A stretch of 64,000 bases of DNA from Gemmatimonadales bacterium (GTDB lineage: Bacteria > Gemmatimonadota > Gemmatimonadetes > Gemmatimonadales > GWC2-71-9): positions 128,001 through 192,000 of the forward strand of contig JBBQFH010000001.1 of NCBI GenBank assembly GCA_038321865.1, read 5' to 3'. Shown here in pieces: positions 41,468 to 50,935 of this stretch (the stretch's first letter is position 1; every line of letters starts with the position of its first letter). The translations under genes were made by a program, and so were the position numbers. The notes under the pieces were generated by a model that saw only the letters and a list, made by a program, of their open reading frames with translations, did no database searches and was not told the origin of the DNA.

Positions 41468-42874
41468 ATGTGCGGGATCTTCGGCGTATCGGCGGTACCG
41501 GACGCGGCGCGGCTTACGTACCTCGGCATCTACGCCCTGCAGCATCGGGGGCAGGAGAGCGCGGGGATCGTCGCGATTGACGCGGCGGGTACCGCGCGCT
41601 CCCACCGGGGCATGGGCCTGGTCTCCGAGACGTTCAGTGAAGCGACGCTGGCTGCGCTCCCGGGTGACGTGGCAGTGGGCCACACGCGCTATTCGACTAC
41701 AGGCAGCACCGTGCTCGCGAACGCGCAGCCGTGCTATGCGAATACCCGGTGCGGCCCACTCGCGCTCGCGCACAACGGCAACCTGACCAACGCGGATGAC
41801 ATCAAACGCCAGCTGGTGAGCCAGGGCGCGATCTTCTCGTCCTCCAGCGACTCCGAAGTCATCGTGCACCTGATCGCCCGCTCCGACGCCGTCACGCCGG
41901 AGGGACAGATCCGCGAGGCGCTGGAGCAGGTGGACGGCGCGTACAGCGTCGTCATCGCCCTCGGTCGCACCATCTATGCGGTGGTGGATGCCCGCGGGTT
42001 CCGCCCGCTCGTCGTTGGCCGGCTCGGCACGGGCGCGGTCGTGGCGTCCGAGACCTGCGCGCTCGATCTTGTCGGCGCGTCAGTCACCTGCGAGCTGCAG
42101 CCGGGAGAGTTCGTCCGGATCGAAGAGGGCGTCATCACGCAGCTGGAGCCGCTCCAGCCGAGACCGGTGACCCGATGCGTGTTCGAGCTGGTCTACTTCG
42201 CCCGCCCCGACAGCCAGGTCTTCGGCGAATCGGTCGACCGCGCGCGCCGGCAGCTCGGCCGGGCGCTGGCCCGCGAACACCCCGCACCCGGCGCCGACGT
42301 CGTGTTCAGCGTGCCCGACAGCGCCAACGCCATGGCCCTCGGCTTTGCCGAAGAGGCGGGCATCAAGCTCGAGTACGGTCTCATCCGCAATCACTACGTC
42401 GGCCGCACCTTCATCAACCCGACGCAGGCGCTCCGGGTCGCCAAGGTCAAGATCAAGTTCAATCCGGTGCGCGAGGTGATCGAAGGCAAGTCGGTCGTGG
42501 TCGTGGATGACAGCCTGGTGCGCGGCACCACCAGCAAGGGGCTGGTGCAGATGATCCGTGCCGCCGGGGCGCGCGAGGTGCATTTCCGGCTGTGCTCCCC
42601 CCCGATCACGGGTCCGTGCCACTACGGGATCGATACGCCGACCCGCGAGGAGCTCATCGGCGCGACGCATTCGACCGAAGAGATCCGCGAATATCTCGGT
42701 GTCGATTCGCTCGGCTACCTGTCGCTCGAGGGGATGCTGCGCGCAGCAGGCCAGGCCCCGGGCGACCCGCCGCATTTCTGCCACGCCTGCTTCTCCGGAG
42801 AATACCCCACCCCGGTCCACGAGGATTTCGTGCAGCTTCGTCGCATGCCCCGGCTCGCGGCGGCCACCGCGTGA
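41468..42874 (+). CDS. purF: Amidophosphoribosyltransferase
   Basis: MCGIFG, LQHRGQESAGI, GHTRYST, HNGN, YFARPDS, VVVDDSLVRGTT. Confidence 0.96.
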   Translation: MCGIFGVSAVPDAARLTYLGIYALQHRGQESAGIVAIDAAGTARSHRGMGLVSETFSEATLAALPGDVAVGHTRYSTTGSTVLANAQPCYANTRCGPLALAHNGNLTNADDIKRQLVSQGAIFSSSSDSEVIVHLIARSDAVTPEGQIREALEQVDGAYSVVIALGRTIYAVVDARGFRPLVVGRLGTGAVVASETCALDLVGASVTCELQPGEFVRIEEGVITQLEPLQPRPVTRCVFELVYFARPDSQVFGESVDRARRQLGRALAREHPAPGADVVFSVPDSANAMALGFAEEAGIKLEYGLIRNHYVGRTFINPTQALRVAKVKIKFNPVREVIEGKSVVVVDDSLVRGTTSKGLVQMIRAAGAREVHFRLCSPPITGPCHYGIDTPTREELIGATHSTEEIREYLGVDSLGYLSLEGMLRAAGQAPGDPPHFCHACFSGEYPTPVHEDFVQLRRMPRLAAATA

Positions 42875-45537
42875 GCGGCCCCTACGTGCAGCCGCTGGTC
42901 TACTTCTTCGGCCAGGGCCGCGCGGACGGAACCGCCGCCATGAAGGAGATTCTCGGCGGCAAGGGCGCCGGGCTGGCCGAGATGACGACCATCGGCATCC
43001 CGGTGCCGCCGGGGTTCACCATCGCCAGCACGCTGTGCCTCACCTATCTGGAGAGCGGGCAGTTTCCCCTCCGTCTCCGGACGCAGGTGGAAAACAGCCT
43101 GCAGCGGCTCGAGGGTGCGACCGGCAAGCACTTCGGAGCCGGCGCCAACCCGCTCCTGGTGTCGGTGCGTTCGGGTGCGGCGGTATCGATGCCGGGGATG
43201 ATGGAAACGATTCTCAATCTTGGACTCAACGACGACACGGTCAAAGGTCTCGCGGCCCAGAGCGGAAACCCGCAATTCGCCTGGGACTCCTACCGCCGGT
43301 TCGTACAGATGTACGCCAGCGTCGTCTTCGAGCTGCCCAAAAAGCCGTTCGATGCGATGATCGAGGCACGGAAGACGCGCTGCGGCGTCCAGCGCGACAT
43401 CGACCTGCCGGTGGAGGAGCTGCAGGCGCTCGTGGCTGACTACAAGACGCTGGTTCGGACCGGGCAGGGGAAGGACTTTCCCGATGAACCGCTCGACCAG
43501 CTCTGGGGCGCGATCGCCGCGGTGTTCCACAGCTGGAATACCCGGCGCGCCATCGATTACCGGAAGCTGCACGACATCCCCGATTCCATGGGGACGGCGG
43601 TGACCGTCGTTGCGATGGTCTTTGGAAACATTGGTGAGGATTCCGGCACCGGCGTGACCTTCAGCCGCGATCCGTCGACCGGCGAGCGTGTCCTCTACGG
43701 CGAGTACCTGCTGAACGCCCAGGGCGAGGATGTCGTCTCCGGCGTGCGAACCCCGGTGCCGATCAGCCGGATGAAGGACTCCATGCCCGAGGCCTACGCC
43801 GAGCTGGAGCGCACGGCGCGCACGCTCGAGCGGCATTTTCGCGACGTGCAGGATATGGAGTTCACCATCGAGCACGGCAAGCTGTACATGCTGCAGACCC
43901 GCCGCGGCCAGCGATCGGGTCACGCGGCGGTTCGTATCGCCTGCGAGATGGTGGACGAGGGCCTGATCACCGAGGAAGAGGCGATCGCCCGGGTGCCGCC
44001 GAATGACCTCAATCAGCTGCTGCATCCCACGATCGACCAGAAGAGTCACCTCGACCTGCTGACGACCGGACTGCCGGCCTCACCGGGTGCCGCCAGCGGC
44101 GCCATCGTCTTCACCGCTGACCGCGCCGAGGCGCTGGCCCAGGCCGGCGACGCCGTGATTCTGGTCAGACGGGAAACCTCGCCCGAGGACTTTCACGGCA
44201 TGGTCGCCGCGAAGGCGGTCCTGACCGCGCGCGGCGGTATGACGTCGCACGCGGCCGTAGTGGCGCGTGGGATGGGCAAGCCCTGCGTGGCCGGTGCCCA
44301 GGACATGCATGTCGACGAGGAGGCGGGCTGCATCCGGGTGAGCGGACGCGAGCTCATGGAGGGCGAATGGATCACGGTGGACGGCAGCTCGGGCCGGGTG
44401 TTCGCCGGCCAGGCTGCCCTGGTGCCGCCGGAGCTGGGTGCCGATTTCACACGACTGCTGCACTGGGCGGACCGGGTGCGCCACCTGCGCGTCCGGGTGA
44501 ATGCCGACACGCCGGCCGACGCGCACCGAGGCCGTGATTTCGGCGCGGAAGGCATCGGGCTCTGTCGCACGGAGCACATGTTCTTCGAGGGTGACCGGCT
44601 CAGCGCCATGCGGGAGATGATCATCGCCGGAGACACCGAGGGGCGGAAGCAGGCTCTGGCCAAGCTGCTCCCGATGCAGCGCAGCGACTTCGAGGCGATC
44701 TTTCGCGCGATGGACGGGTTCCCGGTCACGATCCGGCTACTCGACCCGCCCCTGCACGAGTTCCTTCCGCACGAGCCGGCCGAGGTCGAGGCGCTCGCCC
44801 TGGAGATGAAGATCAAGCCGGCCGAGCTGCAGCGGATTGTCAACGGGCTCACCGAGGTCAACCCGATGCTCGGGCTCCGTGGCTGCCGCCTGGGGATTCT
44901 GTACCCGGAAATCACCGCGATGCAGGTACGCGCGATCTTCGAAGCGGCATGCACGGTGGCCGCCCGCAAGGTCCGGGTCATGCCCGAAGTCATGGTCCCG
45001 CTGACGGCGGGCGTGACGGAGTTCCGGAAGCAGGCGTTGATTGTCCGCCAGGTCTCCTCGGAGGTCTTCGGGGAGCGGCAGATGACGGTGCCCTTCGTCC
45101 TCGGCACCATGATCGAGTTGCCGCGCGCCGCGCTCACGGCCGACGAGATCGCCCGGGAGGCGCAGTTCTTCTCCTTCGGCACCAACGACCTGACCCAGAC
45201 CACCTGGGGACTGTCGCGGGATGATGCCGGACGGTTTCTGCCATTCTACCTCGAGAACGGCATCATCGAGGACGACCCCTTCCAGGTGCTCGACCGCGCC
45301 GGCGTCGGCAAGCTCATCGCCATGGCCTGCGAGCTCGGGCGCCGGACCCGGCCGGACCTCAAGCTGGGCATTTGCGGGGAGCACGGGGGAGAGCCCGCGT
45401 CGGTGGCATTCTGCGATGAGCTGGGAATGAATTACGTTTCATGCTCGCCGTACCGGGTCCCCATCGCCCGGCTGGCCGCCGCTCAGTCCGCACTGGCGGA
45501 GCGTGGCACGATGGATCGTACCCGTTCGACCGTCTAG
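42871..45537 (+). CDS. ppdK: Pyruvate, phosphate dikinase
   Basis: LGGKGAGLAEM, SVRSGA, GGMTSHAAVVARG, GLCRTEHMF, FSFGTNDLTQ, GICGEHGG; GTG overlaps purF TGA. Confidence 0.96.
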   Translation: MSGPYVQPLVYFFGQGRADGTAAMKEILGGKGAGLAEMTTIGIPVPPGFTIASTLCLTYLESGQFPLRLRTQVENSLQRLEGATGKHFGAGANPLLVSVRSGAAVSMPGMMETILNLGLNDDTVKGLAAQSGNPQFAWDSYRRFVQMYASVVFELPKKPFDAMIEARKTRCGVQRDIDLPVEELQALVADYKTLVRTGQGKDFPDEPLDQLWGAIAAVFHSWNTRRAIDYRKLHDIPDSMGTAVTVVAMVFGNIGEDSGTGVTFSRDPSTGERVLYGEYLLNAQGEDVVSGVRTPVPISRMKDSMPEAYAELERTARTLERHFRDVQDMEFTIEHGKLYMLQTRRGQRSGHAAVRIACEMVDEGLITEEEAIARVPPNDLNQLLHPTIDQKSHLDLLTTGLPASPGAASGAIVFTADRAEALAQAGDAVILVRRETSPEDFHGMVAAKAVLTARGGMTSHAAVVARGMGKPCVAGAQDMHVDEEAGCIRVSGRELMEGEWITVDGSSGRVFAGQAALVPPELGADFTRLLHWADRVRHLRVRVNADTPADAHRGRDFGAEGIGLCRTEHMFFEGDRLSAMREMIIAGDTEGRKQALAKLLPMQRSDFEAIFRAMDGFPVTIRLLDPPLHEFLPHEPAEVEALALEMKIKPAELQRIVNGLTEVNPMLGLRGCRLGILYPEITAMQVRAIFEAACTVAARKVRVMPEVMVPLTAGVTEFRKQALIVRQVSSEVFGERQMTVPFVLGTMIELPRAALTADEIAREAQFFSFGTNDLTQTTWGLSRDDAGRFLPFYLENGIIEDDPFQVLDRAGVGKLIAMACELGRRTRPDLKLGICGEHGGEPASVAFCDELGMNYVSCSPYRVPIARLAAAQSALAERGTMDRTRSTV

Positions 45538-45586
45538 CGTTTTGTTCGTGGGCAATTTCGTATTCCACCTTAGTAGGGAGTTTCGA

Positions 45587-46276
45587 ATGCGTTTCAAGGC
45601 ACTTGCTCTGATCTCATCCCTCGCGGTCGTGGCCGCGTGCGGATCCGACAACGGCCCCGGCGGCGGCACGACCCTCACGACCCAGGAGACCGCGGCCCTC
45701 ACGGCGGCGCTCACGGCCAATGGCGCACTGGGTGGCGAGGCGGCCGCATTCGCGCCGTTTGCGCTGTCGCAGCTCCACGAGTCAGGCAGCTTCGCCGGTT
45801 ACGACGCCGTCGGCGTTCAGGTGAACTACACCGTGACCGCCGCGGGTAACACCATCAGTGGCGTCCTGTCGAGCGTCGTCGGCTGGGACGGCCTCAACAC
45901 GTCGGCGAATACCGTTGACCACATCCTCGCGGCGTCGAGCTTCTCGACGGGCGGCACCTTTCCCTCCACGGTCGCCGGCACATTCGGATCCACCGGCGTC
46001 GTCGGCTCCTACTACGAGCGCTCGACCGCCTCGAACTACGTGGCCACGACCGGTACGTTCAATGTGACCAGCGCGACGTTCGGCAGCGGCACCACCAATT
46101 GCAACTCGAGCGCCGGCGGCATCACCGTGACGTGCAGCTACACCACCGGCACGATGGCGGGCAGCCTGGGCTTCACGGCCAACCGCCTGAACGGGACGGG
46201 TGCGGCGACCTTTAATCAGTCCTCGCAGAATTTCGATCTTCCGGCCGTCCGGCTGACGATCACCATTTCGCAGTAG
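45587..46276 (+). CDS. Hypothetical Thr/Ser/Gly-rich lipoprotein
   Basis: MRFK, hydrophobic stretch, VAAC-GS lipobox; GGGAG SD; beta-rich, C-terminal VRLTITISQ. Confidence 0.75.
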   Translation: MRFKALALISSLAVVAACGSDNGPGGGTTLTTQETAALTAALTANGALGGEAAAFAPFALSQLHESGSFAGYDAVGVQVNYTVTAAGNTISGVLSSVVGWDGLNTSANTVDHILAASSFSTGGTFPSTVAGTFGSTGVVGSYYERSTASNYVATTGTFNVTSATFGSGTTNCNSSAGGITVTCSYTTGTMAGSLGFTANRLNGTGAATFNQSSQNFDLPAVRLTITISQ

Positions 46277-46379
46277 GCTTCGGGGCCGCCGGTCCGATGC
46301 GGTATCGGGCCGGCGACCCAGCTGTTTCCGGCGCTGCTGCCCGTCGCCGGCCGCCACCCATCGCCGTCGGAGCTCGCGG

Positions 46380-46868
46380 ATGACCGTTCCCCTCGTCGGC
46401 GTTGTGATGGGCAGCGAATCGGACTGGGAAGTGATGCAGCACGCCGCGCGACAACTGACCGCACTCGAAGTGCCCCACGAGCGACGCGTCGTCTCCGCCC
46501 ACCGCACCCCCGACCTGCTTTTCGAGTACGCCGCGGCGGCAGCGAGCCGTGGGCTTCGCTGCATCATCGCCGGCGCAGGCGGTGCCGCCCATCTACCAGG
46601 CATGCTGGCAGCCAAGACCTCGCTCCCGGTGCTCGGGGTTCCGGTTCCGAGTCATCATCTCCAGGGACTCGACTCGCTGCTTTCGATCGTGCAAATGCCG
46701 CGCGGAGTACCAGTCGCCACGTTCGCCATTGGCGAGGCAGGCGCGGTCAATGCAGCGCTGTTCGCCGCGGCCATGATCGCCACCGGCGATCCCGCCCTCG
46801 CCGCGCGCCTCGACGGCTTTCGCGTGGCCCAGCGCGATCGCGTCCTCGGCCTGTCCCTCCCCGGATGA
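46380..46868 (+). CDS. purE: N5-CAIR mutase PurE
   Basis: [36 protein letters not shown]. Confidence 0.96.
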   Translation: MTVPLVGVVMGSESDWEVMQHAARQLTALEVPHERRVVSAHRTPDLLFEYAAAAASRGLRCIIAGAGGAAHLPGMLAAKTSLPVLGVPVPSHHLQGLDSLLSIVQMPRGVPVATFAIGEAGAVNAALFAAAMIATGDPALAARLDGFRVAQRDRVLGLSLPG

Positions 46869-47995
46869 TCCTGCCCGGCGCCACGCTGGGAATCGTCGGT
46901 GGCGGCCAGCTCGGGCGGATGTTCACCATCCGGGCCCGCACGATGGGGTATCGCGTCGTCGTGCTCGATCCCGACCCTCGCAGCCCTGCCGGCAGCATCG
47001 CGGATCGACAGATCGAAGCGGCCTACGACGATCCGGGCGCGCTCGCGGAGCTGGCGGAGTGCTGCCAGGCAATCACCACGGAATTCGAGAACGTCTCCGC
47101 CGATGCGCTCGATCGCCTCGGGGAGAGCCGCCCGGTGCGGCCTGCCGGCCGCGCGGTCGCGATCGTGCAGGATCGTATCGCCGAAAAGACCCATCTGGCC
47201 GAAGCCGGGTTCCGCACCGCCCCGTTTCGGCCGATTCGATCCGACGCGGAGTTGGCGGCGGCCGCCCTGGCCGTGAGCATGCCCGCCATCCTCAAGACCG
47301 CCCGTCTGGGGTACGACGGCAAGGGCCAGATCCCGGTCACGAGCGTCGCCGAGCTCGCCGCCGGATGGGCTGCACTTGGGCGGCGGCCGTGCGTACTGGA
47401 GCGCCGGCTGCCGCTCGAGCTCGAGCTGTCCGTCGTACTGGCGCGCGGGATCGACGGCGCGGTGGTCGCCTTCCCGGTCGCCGAGAATCGCCATCGGGAC
47501 GGCGTTCTCGACACGACGGTAGTGCCCGCCCGCGTGCCCCCCGAGACGGCCCTGAAAGCCCGCGACCTGGCCTGTGCCATCGCGGCGTCACTGGATTACG
47601 TCGGGGTGCTAGCGGTCGAGTTGTTCGTGGCCGAGGGCGGCGAGCTGTTTGTGAACGAGGTCGCGCCGCGCCCGCACAACAGCGGGCACTACACCTTGGA
47701 CGCCTGCGGTGTGGATCAGTTCGAGCAGCAGGTCCGCGCGCTCTGTGGGCTGCCCCTGGGTCGGCCGGTGTTGCTCTCGCCGGTGGCGATGGCCAACCTG
47801 CTGGGGGACCTCTGGGCGGACGGCGTGCCCCATTGGGAACGGGCCCTCGCGCTGCCAGGGGTCCGGCTGCACCTCTATGGAAAATCCGAGGCGCGCGCGG
47901 GCCGAAAGATGGGCCATCTCAATTGCCTCGCTGCGAGCGCGGATGCCGCCCTCGAGCTGGCGATCGCCGCACGGAAGGCGCTTACTGGCCCCTGA
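46865..47995 (+). CDS. purK: N5-CAIR synthetase PurK
   Basis: [41 protein letters not shown]. Confidence 0.96.
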   Translation: MILPGATLGIVGGGQLGRMFTIRARTMGYRVVVLDPDPRSPAGSIADRQIEAAYDDPGALAELAECCQAITTEFENVSADALDRLGESRPVRPAGRAVAIVQDRIAEKTHLAEAGFRTAPFRPIRSDAELAAAALAVSMPAILKTARLGYDGKGQIPVTSVAELAAGWAALGRRPCVLERRLPLELELSVVLARGIDGAVVAFPVAENRHRDGVLDTTVVPARVPPETALKARDLACAIAASLDYVGVLAVELFVAEGGELFVNEVAPRPHNSGHYTLDACGVDQFEQQVRALCGLPLGRPVLLSPVAMANLLGDLWADGVPHWERALALPGVRLHLYGKSEARAGRKMGHLNCLAASADAALELAIAARKALTGP

Positions 47996-48155
47996 GAGGT
48001 CGACCCGACAAATCACGCGAGATCTTAGAGTGTAAGTAGTTCACTGTTGGACAGTTATGGTGAACCATGAACAGGCTTCGTCGCCGTAGATTTCGCCGAT
48101 TCCGGTGCTGTTCAAGGTTTGCCCCTGCCCTTCAGCCCTCGGCACCGGCCACAAG

Positions 48156-48191
48156 CGAAAGCGGCGCCCCACTCATGGGACGCCGCTTTCG
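48156..48191. terminator. GC-rich hairpin immediately 3' of tmRNA (probable bidirectional terminator)
   Basis: CGAAAGCGGCG (48156-48166) is the exact inverted repeat of CGCCGCTTTCG (48181-48191). Confidence 0.65.
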
Positions 48192-48195
48192 TCGA

Positions 48196-48555
48196 TGGAG
48201 GCGCAGGGAATCGAACCCTGGTCCGAATCAGTTTCCAGAACTGCGTCTACGTGCGTAGGCCCGACTTCTTGCCGTCGCCCTGGCCCGGTATCGGACCAAC
48301 CTCTCCAGGGTCTATCTCCTGAATCTCACCGATCGCGCCGGAGCGACACGACCAGCCAGCCCAGATTTTCGATTCGACGGCAGCGCCCCGGGCGGGCTCC
48401 AACCGTCGAAGGTGCGAGAAGCGAGCTTAGCTCAGCTTACGCAGCCATTGCCAGTTCAGTATTGGCAGTTGGATCTTTCCAGGGTGTTTTACCAGGGTCC
48501 TGGACCTGGGCACGCTGCAATCCCTTCTTCTAACCCGTCGAAGCCAGTCGCCCCC
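48196..48555 (-). ncRNA. ssrA: tmRNA (SsrA), one-piece; tag reading frame 48466-48437 = (A)ANTELAMAA*
   Basis: 5' GGGGGCGACTGGCTTCGAC and 3' T-arm CAGGGTTCGATTCCCTG + CGCCTCCA form an Ala acceptor stem with G3.U; 360 nt; tag ends AMAA-TAA. Confidence 0.95.
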
Positions 48556-48565
48556 GGGTGCCTCA

Positions 48566-48594
48566 AATATACCCTCCCGCCCCTGCCCCATCAA
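48566..48594 (-). promoter_or_regulatory. Putative ssrA promoter TTGATG-N17-TATATT
   Basis: 17-nt spacing, 10 nt upstream of the mature 5' end. Confidence 0.6.
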
Positions 48595-50012
48595 CCGGCC
48601 GAGGAGGCCCCCGACACCTCGACCCGGTTCCGTCCGCTGCTCTTGGCCACGTACAGGGCGGCGTCTGCCTGCCCAGGCAGGTTCTCCAGCCGACGGCTGG
48701 TCTCCGGGCAGGCCGACACCCCGAACGACGCGCTGAGCGGCCAGGAGCGCCCCTGCCAGTCCCATGCCGTGGTGCTGAGCTTGACCTTGAGCCGCTCGGC
48801 GATCCTGACCCCCACCTCCAGCGTCGCGCCGGGCAGCCACACGGCGAACTCCTCGCCGCCCATGCGCGCACCGACATCGGCGCTCCGGATCTGTTCGCGA
48901 ATCAGCCGGGCGAAATGGACCAGTGCCGCGTCGCCGGCCGGGTGGCCAAGCGCATCGTTGAGACTCTTGAATCGGTCGAAATCGGCGTAGACCAGCGCAC
49001 CTGCCGTGACGCTGTGCTGCGCCAGCGCGGCTTCGAGGGCCCGCCGATTGGACAACCCGGTGAGCGGATCGACGAACGTCGTTTCCCGAAGCCCTTGCAC
49101 GTCGATCGCCCGGGCAATGCGCGGGGCCGCGTTGGCAATGGCCTCGGTGATTTCGGCGAGGGCTGCGCCGGCGGGCTCCCGGCCATCGGGCAGCCAGAGG
49201 ACCGCCGCACCAACGGACTGGCGGCCGGCCCGCAGCGGCAGCAGCAGCACGGCCTGAGTCCGCTGCCGGCGGTCCGCCGTCGCGCCACCCATGAAGTCTC
49301 CATCGCCCAGCTGGCGATCGGCCCCCCGCGCCACCCGGTCGAGCAGGCTGTCGGGCAACGCGTAGCTGTCGAGCAGGCGCCGGTCGGCCCGCCCGGAAGC
49401 GCCGACAACCTTGACCCCCGACGGCTCGAGGGCCGCCACTACCACTTCGGCACCGGTGACTCGCTCGAGGTGGTAGGCCAAACGCAGCCCGACGCTTCCG
49501 ACCGTCTCGAGCGAGGCCTCGTCGCTCTGCGCCTGGGCGAGCGCGACGATATGCGGACGCCGACGCACGCCGTCGAGCAGCTGCCGGACATCGGCTTCCG
49601 CCTGCGGCAGCGCGGCCGGGCCGTGGCCTTCCGGCAGCAGCATGGCGACGGCGACGCCCTGCACCCCATGATAAACCAGCGTGCCGCTCGCCATCCGCTC
49701 CGCGCCGGCCTGCTCCTGGTCGCGCGCGCGCTCCAGCCGCCGGTCCACCGCCATGATTTCCGCGACGCTGAGCCGCTCCGCGTCCACGACCCGTTCGTTG
49801 CTCGGCCCTTCCTCGTCGTCGCGAAGCTCGCTCACCCAGATGCCGATCGCGGCGTTCGCCCGCATCAGCCAGCGAAGCGCAGGATCGGGCAGCAGGTGTG
49901 CACCGACGCCCGCGGCACTCGACGGGCGGCCCGTCCGCCCTCCTCGGAGCAGCCAGCCCGCCGCCGCCCCGGCCACCAGCCCGAGCGCGAGCCCGGCTAC
50001 TCCCTGAGCCAT
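48591..50012 (-). CDS. Diguanylate cyclase (N-terminal TM anchor, GAF-like region, GGDEF domain)
   Basis: DPLTGLSNRR, DFDRFKSLNDALGHPAGD, RSAD I-site (RxxD), GGEEF, ADAALYVAKSSGRN. Confidence 0.9.
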   Translation of the reverse strand: MAQGVAGLALGLVAGAAAGWLLRGGRTGRPSSAAGVGAHLLPDPALRWLMRANAAIGIWVSELRDDEEGPSNERVVDAERLSVAEIMAVDRRLERARDQEQAGAERMASGTLVYHGVQGVAVAMLLPEGHGPAALPQAEADVRQLLDGVRRRPHIVALAQAQSDEASLETVGSVGLRLAYHLERVTGAEVVVAALEPSGVKVVGASGRADRRLLDSYALPDSLLDRVARGADRQLGDGDFMGGATADRRQRTQAVLLLPLRAGRQSVGAAVLWLPDGREPAGAALAEITEAIANAAPRIARAIDVQGLRETTFVDPLTGLSNRRALEAALAQHSVTAGALVYADFDRFKSLNDALGHPAGDAALVHFARLIREQIRSADVGARMGGEEFAVWLPGATLEVGVRIAERLKVKLSTTAWDWQGRSWPLSASFGVSACPETSRRLENLPGQADAALYVAKSSGRNRVEVSGASSAG

Positions 50013-50935
50013 CCCCGCCGCCGGAACCAGATGAAGATGACGAACGTGACCACCGCCATGAGCAGCAGGACGCCCGGATAACCCCACCGGTGGCGGAGCT
50101 CCGGCATGAACTGGAAGTTCATGCCGTAGACGCCGACGATGAACGTCAACGGCATGAAAAAGACCGAGAACACCGTCAGCACGCGCACCGTCTGGTTGGT
50201 GCGGTGCGACGCCAGCCCGAGCTGGAGATGCAGCAGATTGTTTGCGTCGTCGAGGAGCTCGTCGGCGTAGAGGTGCATATTCTCGACATTTTCCCGGAGA
50301 TCCTGGTACAGCGGCGCCGACGGCTCGGAGGCGGGCACCAGCTTGACCACCGCGCTCAGGGTGTGCCAGAGCAGCCGTTTCAGCACCGAGATCCGGTGCT
50401 TCAGCTCGTGGATCTGGCGCAGCACCGGCACGATGTCGTCATGGCCGAACAGCGTGTCCTCGTAACGATCCAGCGCCTGCTCCGCCTCGTCGAGCGGCGG
50501 CCCGAAGGTGTCGACCGCCGCGTTCGCCAGGTCGATGAGGATTTGCGCCGCGAACCCCTGATGTTCGCGCCCGCGGTCGCCCGCGGCCGCGCGCGTGCGG
50601 TACTCATCACGCAGCGCCGCGAGGTACGGCTGATCCTTGCGGTGAATAGTGATGAGAAATCCCGGGCCGCAGAAGATCGCGACCTTCCGGGTCAGGTTCT
50701 GCACCGAGCAGGCGTCGGCCGGCGCGGCGACATCGTACGAGCGCACGATCATGAACGTCGTGTCGCCGACTTTCTCGTACTTGGGCAGATGATCCGGGTC
50801 GAGGCTGTCCTCAACGAGCGTGGGAAAGAGCCGGAACTGGTTCGCGACCTCGCGCAGCTCCTCCCGGCTGGGGTCGATCAGATCGAGCCACTCCAGCTTT
50901 GGCTCCGCCGTGTCGATCACGAGCTGCCGCGTCAT
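49997..50935 (-). CDS. corA: CorA-family Mg/Co transporter
   Basis: WLDLIDPS, HLPKYE, two C-terminal TMs with PLTFIVGVYGMNF..MPEL. Confidence 0.9.
   Translation of the reverse strand: MTRQLVIDTAEPKLEWLDLIDPSREELREVANQFRLFPTLVEDSLDPDHLPKYEKVGDTTFMIVRSYDVAAPADACSVQNLTRKVAIFCGPGFLITIHRKDQPYLAALRDEYRTRAAAGDRGREHQGFAAQILIDLANAAVDTFGPPLDEAEQALDRYEDTLFGHDDIVPVLRQIHELKHRISVLKRLLWHTLSAVVKLVPASEPSAPLYQDLRENVENMHLYADELLDDANNLLHLQLGLASHRTNQTVRVLTVFSVFFMPLTFIVGVYGMNFQFMPELRHRWGYPGVLLLMAVVTFVIFIWFRRRGWLRE

Noticed and set aside
48070..48135. GGGGCAAACC on the minus strand resembling the start of a c-di-GMP-I riboswitch
   Set aside because: No GNRA-capped stem or GACGCAAA/receptor elements follow, and no co-oriented downstream gene
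48196..48225. tRNA-like T-arm and acceptor sequence
   Set aside because: It is the 3' tRNA-like domain of tmRNA, not a separate tRNA
47996..48600. Genomic island or prophage at ssrA
   Set aside because: No integrase or duplicated attachment sequence seen; housekeeping genes on both sides
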